Part shown: positions 10,239 to 20,430 of the stretch, piece after piece
Numbering within the stretch: position 1 is the first letter of the stretch
Layout: each line of letters starts with the position of its first letter
Assembly (NCBI GenBank): GCA_944371605.1
Contig: CALVXU010000002.1
Location: 27,754 to 91,753, forward strand
Length of the DNA: 64,000 nt
Source: an uncultured Bacilli bacterium
GTDB lineage: Bacteria; Bacillota_I; Bacilli_A; RFN20; CAG-288
Direction: 5' to 3'
Notes under the pieces: model-generated
Databases searched by the model: none
Told to the model about the DNA's origin: nothing
Seen by the model: the letters and a program-made list of their open reading frames with translations, nothing else
Program-made: the position numbers and the translations under genes

Positions 10239-12406
10239 AAAAAGTCACTCTAGCTGTCAAGGGAATGTATTGTTCTCACTGTTCTAAAGCTGTTGAAAAT
10301 GCGCTGAGTCATGCCGGCGTGTTATCAAATGTAAATCTTTCTAATAACACTGTTACTTTCACTTATGATGAAACAAAAATAAGTTTAGATTATTTAAAAA
10401 GACTAGTCAAAAGAGCTGGATACGAATTGATCATCGATGAAAAGAAGCATTTTGATTTTAGTCTACTTCTTTTACCGACCTCTCTTATCCTTTTAGTTTT
10501 ATGCTTGCTAGGCATGATTCATCATTTAGGTGTTCATAACTCCTTTTTCTTCTTTCTCGGTAACGATATAACTTTTCTGGTCGAAGCGAGTATCGCTTTA
10601 GTCATATTGGGAACCCCATTTCTCATTCGTGCTATAAAAGGCATCCGCTATAAAAATATTGGAATGGACTTTCTTATAGCATTTTCTTCAATAGTATCAT
10701 ATGCACTATCTCTATACATCTTTATTACAAATATCCAAAATGGGATAGATTTCACGGACATTCATTACATGTCTAGTCAAAACTATCAAATGGGATATTT
10801 TGATGCCACAATCATGATATTAAGCATTATCACCTTTGGGCATAAGATCATCGATTCTATCAAATTGAAGGCAGATAAAAACTACAAAAAAGCGGTGTTA
10901 GAGCCACCGAGATTTGCCAGACTAAATGACGATCCAGATAACAAATTAGATGTAGATGAAATCGAAGTAGATGATGAATTATTAGTTTTAGCGGGTGAGC
11001 AAATTCCAGTCGATGGCATCATCATTTCTGGTAAAGGATCAGTTGACGAAAGTTCATTAAATGGTGAGAGTCGTCCTCGAGTGATCACAAAAGATAGCAA
11101 AGTCATGGGATCTACTATGCTATTAAAAGGTCCTGTTGTGATGAGGGCGAATAAAATAGCATTAGATTCTTTATATTCTTCAATCATCAACGAAAGCTAT
11201 GCTCTTGACCATCAAAAAGGAAAATTAAGTCGATTATCAGATATCATCGCCTCTATATTTACACCAGCTATTGTTTTATTAGCTCTCATCTCTTTCTTTA
11301 TCTGCGCATATGGTATGCACTTGAGCTATGAAGAGGCTATTGTGAGAGCAGTTTCAGTTCTATCAGTGAGTTGTCCATGTGCCTTTGGATTAGCCGTTCC
11401 TATCGCTAGCTTATCAGGATATGATTTGGCTTTAAAATATGGGGCCCTTTTCAAATCCGGCGACACTTTTGAGAAGATCAAAAGCATAAAAGCTGTCGTG
11501 TTTGATAAAACTGGGACACTTTCTTTAGGAAAATTACGAGTCGAAGCTAAAATTTGTCCTGAAGAATACGCTTCGATCATCAAAAGTATGGAACAAAAAT
11601 CCTTGCATCCTTTAGCGATAGCTTTAGTTGAAAATCTATCAGAATATAAAAGCTTGAACGATATCGAAGTCGAAGAAATACCAAGTATAGGTATCAGGTA
11701 TAATGATTATTTTTTAGGGAGTCAAAAAACGATTCAAGATAAAGAAATGTCGGATCAGATCAACGAATTTATCAAAAATCACTCGGCTTCTTCTCTTGTC
11801 TTCTTCAGTGATGATAAAAAAGTTTTAGCAGTTTTCTCTTTTGAAGATGAACTAGTTCCGGATGCCAAAAAAACGGTTAGTAAACTTCAAGAAGAAGGTA
11901 TTAAGTGTTATATGCTAACCGGTGATCGAAAAGATTATGCCTACAAAATCGCAAACGAATTAAGCATACCGATATCACAAGTATATTATGAAGCTGATCC
12001 AAGTAAAAAAGCCGATATATTGAGAACGATCAGAAAAGAAAATGGCGTGATTTGCTATGTCGGTGATGGCATCAATGACACTCTGGCACTAAAGGAGAGC
12101 GACTTATCATTTGCCTCATATAAAGCTAGTGAAGTAGCCTGTTCAAGCGCAGATGCTTTATTGATGAAACCTGAATTATATGTCTTATATTACGCTCTAA
12201 AAATTTCTAAAAAAACTTATATCAATATCATTGAAAACTTTATCTGGGCTATCTTATATAATATAACCATGATACCATTAGCTGTCATGGGCATCATTCA
12301 ACCAGCTTTATGCGCTGCCTTAATGATAATTTCTAATCTGACATTGACGATCAACAGCTTGAGGTTACGTTTCTATAAGCCTATTAAGGAGGATAAACAT
12401 TTATGA
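10235..12406 (+). CDS. copA: Copper-translocating P1B-type ATPase
   Basis: N-terminal HMA domain GMYCSHC, transmembrane CPC motif (SVSCPCAFG), DKTGT phosphorylation site, GDGINDTLAL hinge. Confidence 0.92.
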   Translation: MKKVTLAVKGMYCSHCSKAVENALSHAGVLSNVNLSNNTVTFTYDETKISLDYLKRLVKRAGYELIIDEKKHFDFSLLLLPTSLILLVLCLLGMIHHLGVHNSFFFFLGNDITFLVEASIALVILGTPFLIRAIKGIRYKNIGMDFLIAFSSIVSYALSLYIFITNIQNGIDFTDIHYMSSQNYQMGYFDATIMILSIITFGHKIIDSIKLKADKNYKKAVLEPPRFARLNDDPDNKLDVDEIEVDDELLVLAGEQIPVDGIIISGKGSVDESSLNGESRPRVITKDSKVMGSTMLLKGPVVMRANKIALDSLYSSIINESYALDHQKGKLSRLSDIIASIFTPAIVLLALISFFICAYGMHLSYEEAIVRAVSVLSVSCPCAFGLAVPIASLSGYDLALKYGALFKSGDTFEKIKSIKAVVFDKTGTLSLGKLRVEAKICPEEYASIIKSMEQKSLHPLAIALVENLSEYKSLNDIEVEEIPSIGIRYNDYFLGSQKTIQDKEMSDQINEFIKNHSASSLVFFSDDKKVLAVFSFEDELVPDAKKTVSKLQEEGIKCYMLTGDRKDYAYKIANELSIPISQVYYEADPSKKADILRTIRKENGVICYVGDGINDTLALKESDLSFASYKASEVACSSADALLMKPELYVLYYALKISKKTYINIIENFIWAILYNITMIPLAVMGIIQPALCAALMIISNLTLTINSLRLRFYKPIKEDKHL

Positions 12407-12591
12407 CAATTATTAACGTTAAAGACATGCATTGCAGCCACTGCAAAATGACGATTGAAAAAGCATTGAAAAGAAAACATATCAACGCTGAAGTTGATTT
12501 GGAGAACAAACAAGTCAAAATCAGTGATGATGCCGATAAAGAAAAAGCTTTAGAGGCTATCAAAACCAGTGGATTTACTCCAACCTTATAA
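12403..12591 (+). CDS. copZ: Copper chaperone CopZ (HMA domain)
   Basis: 62-aa HMA fold with an MHCSHC metal-binding motif. ATGA overlap with copA. Confidence 0.85.
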   Translation: MTIINVKDMHCSHCKMTIEKALKRKHINAEVDLENKQVKISDDADKEKALEAIKTSGFTPTL

Positions 12592-12644
12592 TAATTTTTA
12601 TATTATAGTATCTATTATTATTTATCAGTTAAGAAGTTCAATTT

Positions 12645-12653
12645 TGATATAAT
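12645..12653 (+). promoter_or_regulatory. Extended -10 promoter element (TGaTATAAT) upstream of the membrane-protein/activase operon
   Basis: TG at 12645-12646 and TATAAT at 12648-12653, about 34 nt upstream of the ATG at 12687, which is preceded by AGGTGA. No convincing -35. Confidence 0.4.
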
Positions 12654-12686
12654 AGTACAATTGATGAAAGTGATACAGGTGATCGA

Positions 12687-13916
12687 ATGAAGGACGCTAA
12701 CTATACACAACGTTTAAAAGAAAGGAAAAAAAGAGCTTTAGGAAAAAATCTATTTTTCAATCTATTACTTTTGATACCTCCACTTCTTTGTCTAGCAATA
12801 ATAATTTTGACTGCGCTTGTGACTTTTTCTCTATCTCTGTTTTTAATATATTTCATTTTACCGATGTTTTATACCGTCGATAAAAGACTGCGTTATAACA
12901 TATCTGGAATCGGTAAACCTGATTTTTCATACGCTGATGGTTATAAAGACTTTTTTACCGCATCTAAAGGTGGAATCTTCGGCGTTATCATGACGATTTT
13001 TTCTGCTGTGGCTTTTATCTTACTCTTTTATCTAATTTTCTCAGTCACTCTAGAACCACTCATCAATTGTTTTCCAGATGCTTCTACAGTTTGGAAAGAC
13101 GCAGTTGCCCTCATGAATCAAGAACAGATTGACGAAGCCGTAAATCTTTTGCAAGATAATATTGTTTTCCTTGTGCCACCAATCACTATTTTCTGTGGTA
13201 TCATCGGTTTTATTCCTTCTTTATATGTTATCTTTTATGCCATAAATAATAATTTGAATAACCATTATTTAGCAACCATAGTTTTGCCAGATATAGATAA
13301 AAACATCTCTGCTTCGCAAGCGAGAAATTTAGCTAGAACTAGCTTCGGTGCTCTCATCAATTTAGATAGATTAAAAAATTCATTCTTAAGTAATTGGCCT
13401 TTTTATTTAATCTATACCGCTGTCTATGGCTTGCTGCTATATGCTTTTGTGTATGTGAGAACTGACAATATTTTCGTCATGGAAATAATCATTTTCTTAG
13501 CTCCTACCATATCTCTATTTATCGGTTTTTTCATCAACTATTTTTGTCTTTTAAACGACTACGCATATTTAGAAGAAAATCAAAATCTTGTCCTAGAAAG
13601 AATGCCTCTAAACATGCGCGCTTCTATTTATCAAACATATTGTAATCCGCACTATGTTCACGGCGAAGAATCTGCTAGCCGCGGATGTTTTGTTCCGGCT
13701 GATACTTATAGAGATGTCCATCCTTTCAACTCTCCTTTCTCCGAACAACCTTCAAAAGAAAATCCGATTTTCACACAAAAAGACAATGATTCTTCTACTA
13801 GCTCGCCAGAAGATAATCATGAAGAACCTACAGGTGTTGTTATTGATTTATCTGCTGAAGTAAAAGATAACGATTTGCAAAGTCCAAACGATCAAGAAAA
13901 GGGAGAACAAAAATGA
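12687..13916 (+). CDS. Uncharacterised polytopic membrane protein with a disordered acidic/Ser-rich C-terminal tail
   Basis: Multiple long hydrophobic helices, no motif I recognise. Its stop overlaps the next gene's ATG (ATGA at 13913-13916). Confidence 0.6.
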   Translation: MKDANYTQRLKERKKRALGKNLFFNLLLLIPPLLCLAIIILTALVTFSLSLFLIYFILPMFYTVDKRLRYNISGIGKPDFSYADGYKDFFTASKGGIFGVIMTIFSAVAFILLFYLIFSVTLEPLINCFPDASTVWKDAVALMNQEQIDEAVNLLQDNIVFLVPPITIFCGIIGFIPSLYVIFYAINNNLNNHYLATIVLPDIDKNISASQARNLARTSFGALINLDRLKNSFLSNWPFYLIYTAVYGLLLYAFVYVRTDNIFVMEIIIFLAPTISLFIGFFINYFCLLNDYAYLEENQNLVLERMPLNMRASIYQTYCNPHYVHGEESASRGCFVPADTYRDVHPFNSPFSEQPSKENPIFTQKDNDSSTSSPEDNHEEPTGVVIDLSAEVKDNDLQSPNDQEKGEQK

Positions 13917-16855
13917 TTTCTGTCGGTATCGATATCGGTTCAACAACTATTAAGGCGATTGTTTTAGATGATGATAAAGTCATCTATAAATCATATGAAC
14001 GTCATTTTTCTCGTATAGCTGAAAAACTTCAAGAAGTCCTCAATGCTCTGCAATCCGGTCCATTAAAGGGGATGGATAAAGTCCATTTAGCTTTTTCAGG
14101 TTCGGCTGGTATGGGCATAGCAGAAAGCTGTCATTTTCCATTTTATCAAGAGGTTTATGCTACCCGCGAGGCGACTAAAAACACATATCCCAATACCGAT
14201 TGCATCATAGAATTAGGTGGTGAAGACGCTAAGATTCTCTTTTTAACTGATGGTGTCGAAGTGAGAATGAACGGCACTTGTGCAGGAGGCACTGGCGCTT
14301 TTATCGATCAGATGGCTTCATTATTAAATGTCAAAATTGAAGACATCGATGCTTTAGCCAAAAACCATGAACGCATCTATACCATCGCGTCACGCTGTGG
14401 TGTCTTTGCTAAAAGTGATATCCAACCTCTTTTAAATCAAGGCGCCAGAAAAGAAGATATCGCTGAATCCATATTTTATGCTGTTGTCAATCAAACTATC
14501 GCTGGCTTAGCGCAGGGCAGAGAAATAAGAGGTAATGTGATGTATTTAGGTGGTCCTTTATCTTTTATGTCTGAATTACGTAAAGCTTTTGATGATTCTC
14601 TCAGAGTGACTGGTGTCTTACCTGATAATTCTCTATATTTTGTAGCGATGGGTGCGAGCTATCTCGCTAAAAAAGATGATGAAATCGTCATCTCTTCTAT
14701 TATGGACAAGGTCAAAAATTATACTAATTCAGATAATTTTGCTTATTTACCGCCTTTGTTCAAGGACGAGAAAGAATATGAAAACTTTAAAGAAAGACAC
14801 AATCGAGACCATGTCCCGACTTTGCCATTAGAAGAATATGAAGGTCCGCTATATCTCGGTGTTGATTCGGGCTCAACCACTCTAAAAATCGTTTTGATCG
14901 ACAAAGATGACAACATAAGATATTCAGATTATGTCTCCAATCAAGGCGATCCTATCGCTTTGCTCAAGCAAATGCTTGAAACGATCTATTCTAGAATGAG
15001 TGAAAAAGCCTATATTGCCGGCGCCACTTCTACAGGTTATGGTGAAGATTTAGCTAAAAATGCTTTTTCTTTCGATAATGGTATCGTCGAAACTATGGCT
15101 CATTTTGATGCCGCTAAGCATTTCTTAAAAGACGTCGAATTCGTCATCGATATCGGCGGTCAAGATATCAAATGTTTCCGCATTCGCAATGGAGTGATTG
15201 ATGATCTGTTTTTAAATGAAGCTTGTTCATCTGGATGCGGTTCTTTCCTACAGACTTTTGCTTCGTCTTTAGGTTATTCTATCGAAGATTTCAGTAAACT
15301 AGCTCTATTTGCAAAAAGACCAGTCAATCTGGGTTCACGCTGCACGGTATTTATGAATTCATCTGTCAAACAAGCACAAAAAGATGGTGCTAGTGTCAAC
15401 GATATCTCTGCTGGATTAGCTGTGTCAGTTGTAAAAAATGCTTTATATAAAGTCATTCGCTGCGGTTCTAAAGAAGAGCTTGGCAAAAAAGTTGTCGTTC
15501 AAGGCGGAACCTTTTTGAACGATGCTGTCTTAAGAGCCTTTGAACAAGAATTAGGTATTGACGTCATCAGAAGTAATATCGCTGGACTGATGGGTGCTTA
15601 TGGCGCCGCTTTAGACGCGAAGAATTTGCATTTAGATCACTCTAAAATCATCACAAGAGAACAGCTGAAAACTTTTCACCGCAAAGTGGTCTCTTCATTA
15701 TGTCAAGGATGCAACAATCATTGTCGTTTGACCATCTCTATTTTCGATGATAATCGTGTCTTCATCGGTGGAAATAGATGTGAAAAACCTGTCACTAAAA
15801 AAGCGACTGATCTTTCTCTAGATCTTTATGATTTTAAATATCGATTGCTGAGAAGCTATAATTACGAAAATTCTAAAAAATCTTATAAAAGAGGTAAAAT
15901 CGGTTTACCGCTCGGTTTAAACTTTTATGAACTAACTCCTTTTTGGTCGGCTTTCTTTAATGCTTTAGGTTTTCAAGTCGTCCTCTCTGACCATTCATCA
16001 AGCAAAATGTATCGTTTAGGTCAAATGACGATTCCATCTGATACTGTTTGCTATCCAGCAAAGCTATTGCATGGTCACATCATCAATCTTTTAGATAAAG
16101 GTGTCAACACTATTTTTTATCCTTGCATGTCTTATAACATCGAGGAAAAACATACCGATAACCACTATAATTGTCCAGTCGTCGCCTATTATTCTGAAGT
16201 CATCCAAGCCAATATGCGCGTCTTGAGAAATCCTGAAGTCAAGTACTTGAAACCATATGTCAATTTGTCTGAAAGGCCGTATTTTTCTGAAAAAATATAT
16301 GAATATCTTGTCGAATATTATCCAGATATTTCTTTGAGCGAAATCAAAAGGGCTAGCAATATCGCTTATGACGAATATCATAAATACTTAAATATTATTG
16401 AACGTAAAGGATTAGACATCATCGATAAGAGTCGCAAGGACAAAAAAACGATTATCGTGCTATCTGGAAGACCATATCATGTTGATCCTCTCATCAATCA
16501 TGATATTCATAAATTGATATTAGAATATAATTGCTCTGTAGTCAGTGAAGATATCATATCTAAGCTTGAGAGCAATCCGAGCCCGAGCCATGTCTTAAAC
16601 CAATGGACTTACCATTCAAGACTATATAAAGCGGCAGAATACGTCAAAGACCAAAAAGATATGGAACTTTTACAACTCGTCTCTTTCGGTTGCGGTGTCG
16701 ATGCGATCACCTCAGATGAAGTCAGAGACATCTTGGAAAGGAATAATAAAATCTATACCCAGATTAAAATAGATGAAATCACTAATCTCGGCGCAGTTAA
16801 AATCCGTATCAGATCACTATTAGAAGCTTTAAAGAGGAGAAAAGATCATGAGTGA
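13913..16855 (+). CDS. Fused double BcrAD/BadFG-type ATPase ('CoA-substrate-specific enzyme activase') with a C-terminal DUF2229-like extension
   Basis: Two ASKHA ATPase modules (GIDIGSTTIKAIVLDDD and GVDSGSTTLKIVLIDKDD). Each has the cluster-bridging Cys context: CAGGTGAFIDQ / ASRCGVFAKSD and CSSGCGSFLQ / GSRCTVFMNS. Confidence 0.8.
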   Translation: MISVGIDIGSTTIKAIVLDDDKVIYKSYERHFSRIAEKLQEVLNALQSGPLKGMDKVHLAFSGSAGMGIAESCHFPFYQEVYATREATKNTYPNTDCIIELGGEDAKILFLTDGVEVRMNGTCAGGTGAFIDQMASLLNVKIEDIDALAKNHERIYTIASRCGVFAKSDIQPLLNQGARKEDIAESIFYAVVNQTIAGLAQGREIRGNVMYLGGPLSFMSELRKAFDDSLRVTGVLPDNSLYFVAMGASYLAKKDDEIVISSIMDKVKNYTNSDNFAYLPPLFKDEKEYENFKERHNRDHVPTLPLEEYEGPLYLGVDSGSTTLKIVLIDKDDNIRYSDYVSNQGDPIALLKQMLETIYSRMSEKAYIAGATSTGYGEDLAKNAFSFDNGIVETMAHFDAAKHFLKDVEFVIDIGGQDIKCFRIRNGVIDDLFLNEACSSGCGSFLQTFASSLGYSIEDFSKLALFAKRPVNLGSRCTVFMNSSVKQAQKDGASVNDISAGLAVSVVKNALYKVIRCGSKEELGKKVVVQGGTFLNDAVLRAFEQELGIDVIRSNIAGLMGAYGAALDAKNLHLDHSKIITREQLKTFHRKVVSSLCQGCNNHCRLTISIFDDNRVFIGGNRCEKPVTKKATDLSLDLYDFKYRLLRSYNYENSKKSYKRGKIGLPLGLNFYELTPFWSAFFNALGFQVVLSDHSSSKMYRLGQMTIPSDTVCYPAKLLHGHIINLLDKGVNTIFYPCMSYNIEEKHTDNHYNCPVVAYYSEVIQANMRVLRNPEVKYLKPYVNLSERPYFSEKIYEYLVEYYPDISLSEIKRASNIAYDEYHKYLNIIERKGLDIIDKSRKDKKTIIVLSGRPYHVDPLINHDIHKLILEYNCSVVSEDIISKLESNPSPSHVLNQWTYHSRLYKAAEYVKDQKDMELLQLVSFGCGVDAITSDEVRDILERNNKIYTQIKIDEITNLGAVKIRIRSLLEALKRRKDHE

Positions 16856-18137
16856 AACCAAATTAAAACGTGCTAAAAACGGTCGCATTCTCTTCACCAA
16901 AGAGATGAAGAAAGATTATACTATCCTGTTTCCGATGATGGCCCCTATTCATTTCCGAATCTTGCAAAGGGTGTTCAATTATTATGGTTATAAAGCTGAG
17001 CTTCTCACCGACTCCACTCCCGATATCGCTCAAACAGGTTTAAAGTATATTCAAAATGATATGTGTTATCCAGCGATTTTGAGCTGTGGTCAACTCATCC
17101 ACGCTCTCTTAAGTGGAAAATATGATGTTCATAAAGTCGCATTGATGATCACTCAAACTGGTGGTGGATGTCGTGCCTCCAATTACATATCCCTTCTGAG
17201 AAAAGGTTTGAAGAGAGCAGGTTTAGAATTCGTGCCTGTCATCTCTTTAAACATTTCTGGCTTAGAAAAAAACCCCGGCTTAAAAATAACTTTGACCATG
17301 ATCAGAAAAGCGTTAGCTGCAGTCATTTATGGTGATATGCTCATGTGTTTAAAAAACCAAGCAGAGCCATATGAAATCAATAGAGGTGAGACTGAGAAAA
17401 AAGTTATCGAATGGACTGATAAACTATCAGATGAATTATTAAACTCAGGCGGATATAAATTAAAAATTGTCAAAGACAACTTAAACAAAATAGCAGCAGA
17501 TTTCGATTCTATTTCGCGCGATAACAAAAAGCGTGTTAAGGTCGGTATCGTCGGTGAAATCTATGTCAAATATGCGGCGCTAGGCAATAACAATCTCGAG
17601 CAATTCTTGCGGGAACAAGACTGCGAAGTCAACTTGCCTGGTATGCTTAACTTCATCTTATTCAAAATCGATAATCGTATCGATGACTGCAAATTATATG
17701 GTGGTCATAAATTGAAACAATTCGTCTGCCAAAAATTATTTGATTACTGCACTAAAATTCAAACTCTCTTTTCTTTAGCAATCAAGAACAATTCCTCTTT
17801 CCAAGTGCCATCGAGTTATCAACACGTGAAAGAATTAGTCAAAGATATCAATGGCTATGGAAACAAGATGGGAGAAGGCTGGTTATTGACAGGTGAAATG
17901 TTAGAACTAGCAGAATCCGGTTATCCGAATATCGTCTGTACGCAACCATTTGGCTGCTTACCGAATCATATCTCTGGAAAAGGAATGATCAGACGTGTTA
18001 GAGAAGTATTTCCACAAGCGAATATCGTGGCTGTCGATTATGATCCAGGTGCTCCTAAAGTCAACCAAGAGAATCGCATTAAGCTCATGTTATCAATCGG
18101 AAAAGAGAATTTAGAAGCAAACGAAAAAGATAACTGA
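16848..18137 (+). CDS. 2-hydroxyacyl-CoA dehydratase-like / DUF2229 family protein (partner of the activase)
   Basis: Overlaps the activase 3' end by 8 nt. Conserved Cys-containing segments (TQTGGGCRASNY, CTQPFGCLPNH) are typical of the uncharacterised activase-associated family. Confidence 0.65.
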   Translation: MSETKLKRAKNGRILFTKEMKKDYTILFPMMAPIHFRILQRVFNYYGYKAELLTDSTPDIAQTGLKYIQNDMCYPAILSCGQLIHALLSGKYDVHKVALMITQTGGGCRASNYISLLRKGLKRAGLEFVPVISLNISGLEKNPGLKITLTMIRKALAAVIYGDMLMCLKNQAEPYEINRGETEKKVIEWTDKLSDELLNSGGYKLKIVKDNLNKIAADFDSISRDNKKRVKVGIVGEIYVKYAALGNNNLEQFLREQDCEVNLPGMLNFILFKIDNRIDDCKLYGGHKLKQFVCQKLFDYCTKIQTLFSLAIKNNSSFQVPSSYQHVKELVKDINGYGNKMGEGWLLTGEMLELAESGYPNIVCTQPFGCLPNHISGKGMIRRVREVFPQANIVAVDYDPGAPKVNQENRIKLMLSIGKENLEANEKDN

Positions 18138-18157
18138 TTTATCACCTTTATTCAATT

Positions 18158-18187
18158 AAAAATCACCTGCGAGTACAGGTGATTTTA
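18158..18187. terminator. Bidirectional rho-independent terminator between convergent genes
   Basis: AAAAATCACCTG-cgagta-CAGGTGATTTTAA: perfect stem flanked by an A-run and a T-run. It overlaps the stop codon of the minus-strand gene. Confidence 0.8.
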
Positions 18188-20167
18188 ATTTGGTAACAAA
18201 TTAGGATTATATGCAGCAAAATTATGTGTTGAAAAATAATCGCTTGTCAATATCTTCTCTAAATAGTTTTGCTTTTCTAATGCTTTACTTACAGCATTTA
18301 GAAAATCCACTTTTTGTTTAGCATTTTCGTCAAAGACATAATTTATCATACTTCCATCGGTGCTATAATACCAGTCATTGAAAATTGCTGATAGCTCTGA
18401 TGAATAAAAAACTTGCTGATTATACATCTCTTCAGAAAAAAGCGAAGAACCCATATAAAATTTAGGATTGTACTCGATACCTAATAAATCGAGAATAGTC
18501 GGAACAATATTATAGGGAGATGTAAATTGTGAATACTCATTAGTGCCGTTATTATGTCTAAATAAGTGTGTCAGCTTTTGATTATAGAAGAATAGCGTAG
18601 TATCAAATGGGCAATAGACGATATTATCAACACCTGCTAAAGTGAGGTTGAGTCCCACCCCATCAGCGCCAGGATAATAGATGTCATGATCACCATAAAT
18701 AACAAAAAGAGTATCGTCAAGTTTACCAGCTTCTTCAAATTTTGCAAATAAATCTCCGAGAGCTTTATCAAAATCCATTGATGCAAGCATATAATTATCA
18801 ATGCATTCTTCATTTTCAGTGCCAGCTAATGGATTGATGTAAGTCCCATCTTCTTTAGCTTGCTCTAAACGGCTACCATATAATGCATATAAAAGGTCTT
18901 CATTCATCGGATGATCATAGGGACCATGCATAGTCAGAGAAGTATAAAAAGCAAAAAACGGCTCATCTTGTTCTAGAACGATATCTGATACAGTATCTAA
19001 CGTATTAGAATCTAGCGAATAATCGCCTTGCCATCCCCAAATAGGTGTATCTACCGGATATAAGTCTTCATGGAAGTAAGAGCGATCAAAATTTAATTTA
19101 GGCATCAATATATGTCTAGAATAAATATCCCTATCATTCAATCCGACTTTACCGACATCATGAAAATACATTTTTGTATATTCATCCCCCATCATATTCG
19201 GCAAAGAATAAGGGAGATAATATTCATATTTATCCGCTTGGATGCCCATGCTAGGAGCACTGCCAGTTATACCTATAAATTCTGAAATATTAGTTTTATT
19301 TTTTGAATGGTTATTGCTGCAATAAAGGCCCTTTTCTGTCAAAGAATAGATGTTAGGTGTCAATGCTGGATTAAGCATAAGTGAATCCCCAGTTTCGACC
19401 ATGATCACAAAAACATTCATGTCTTTTAAAAGACCTGTATATTTAGTATCGACTTCACTAGTTTGCATAAAATACTCTAACATATCAGACTCATCGATAT
19501 TATTTGAACCATTTAAAAGATAATTCAATTCTTTCAAATAATAAGTAAGAGTTCCATATTTCTTAAAATTAGCACCTTTTTGCATAGTGATAACAACACG
19601 ATTATCACATAATAACTTATCCGAAATAGAGAAGCTACCGACTAAAACAATCACACTCGATAAAAATGAAAAATATCTTCTTTTAATTTCAAATTTAGAA
19701 GTTTCTTTTCTTAGAGGAGAGGTTTTAAACAAAGATTTAAAATCAGTTATTTTATAAAATCTATTGAAAAGAACCAAAAAAGCTACAAAGAAAGCATATG
19801 TCAAAATAACTATTGACAAAAAACCGAAATCAAAAAATGAAGGATTAGCAGCGACTTGAACGCCTTGATTGAGCAGCCCTAGATTATAAAGCGAAAAGAC
19901 ATCTCCAAAATTAGAATAAAAGATACCATTTGCAGCACAAAATAAAGCGATGGCAAACATGACTATCGAAAGATATATCTGATCGAAAAGTGTATTTCTC
20001 ACTATAAAAATGACTGAAGCGATGATTAAAATCAAAAAACAATCTAAAAAAAAGTATTGCGCAAAAGGAAAATCAAACATTTTAGTGAATTGGATGATTT
20101 GAAATATGATGAAAAAAATAAAGAAAGCTAATATTTCGATACCTTTTTTTACATAAAGCTTTTTCAT
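18185..20167 (-). CDS. LTA synthase-family (LtaS-like) sulfatase-fold membrane protein
   Basis: About five N-terminal TM helices followed by an extracellular alkaline-phosphatase/sulfatase-like domain (VFVIMVETGDS, TSLTMHGPYDHP, FVIYGDHD). Confidence 0.7.
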   Translation of the reverse strand: MKKLYVKKGIEILAFFIFFIIFQIIQFTKMFDFPFAQYFFLDCFLILIIASVIFIVRNTLFDQIYLSIVMFAIALFCAANGIFYSNFGDVFSLYNLGLLNQGVQVAANPSFFDFGFLSIVILTYAFFVAFLVLFNRFYKITDFKSLFKTSPLRKETSKFEIKRRYFSFLSSVIVLVGSFSISDKLLCDNRVVITMQKGANFKKYGTLTYYLKELNYLLNGSNNIDESDMLEYFMQTSEVDTKYTGLLKDMNVFVIMVETGDSLMLNPALTPNIYSLTEKGLYCSNNHSKNKTNISEFIGITGSAPSMGIQADKYEYYLPYSLPNMMGDEYTKMYFHDVGKVGLNDRDIYSRHILMPKLNFDRSYFHEDLYPVDTPIWGWQGDYSLDSNTLDTVSDIVLEQDEPFFAFYTSLTMHGPYDHPMNEDLLYALYGSRLEQAKEDGTYINPLAGTENEECIDNYMLASMDFDKALGDLFAKFEEAGKLDDTLFVIYGDHDIYYPGADGVGLNLTLAGVDNIVYCPFDTTLFFYNQKLTHLFRHNNGTNEYSQFTSPYNIVPTILDLLGIEYNPKFYMGSSLFSEEMYNQQVFYSSELSAIFNDWYYSTDGSMINYVFDENAKQKVDFLNAVSKALEKQNYLEKILTSDYFSTHNFAAYNPNLLPN

Positions 20168-20371
20168 TTGTGTTGATAAGTGTTCCTAGTAAATAATTAT
20201 AATATCTAATATATAAATATACAAAAAAATTCTTTACAATTAATTTAAAATCACTGAAAAGACACTTCTAAATAATTCTATCTATTTTTAAAAGACTAGG
20301 AATTATATATGAAATTATAAACAACTTTTTAAATATGTAGCATAGTGTTTCTTATAACTATTCCTTTATTA

Positions 20372-20407
20372 CAATTAAAATAAAAGAGCTAGCTATATAG
20401 CTAGCTC
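20372..20407 (-). terminator. Rho-independent terminator downstream of the CBM lipoprotein gene
   Basis: Perfect 22-nt palindrome GAGCTAGCTATATAGCTAGCTC (20386-20407), followed on the minus strand by TTTTATTTTAATTG. Confidence 0.8.
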
Positions 20408-20430
20408 AATACTATCCAAATAAGAAACGA

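Noticed and set aside
10882-11583. Antisense ORFs inside copA. Similar ones lie at 2411-2641, 15274-15486, 16091-16381, 22568-22852, 31778-32020, 37990-38310, 42781-43134, 45199-45468, 50320-50625, 53912-54187 and 60216-61002.
   Set aside because: All lie entirely within, and antisense or out of frame to, long ORFs with unambiguous family motifs. They lack RBSs and have low-complexity translations, which are typical six-frame artefacts in AT-rich DNA.
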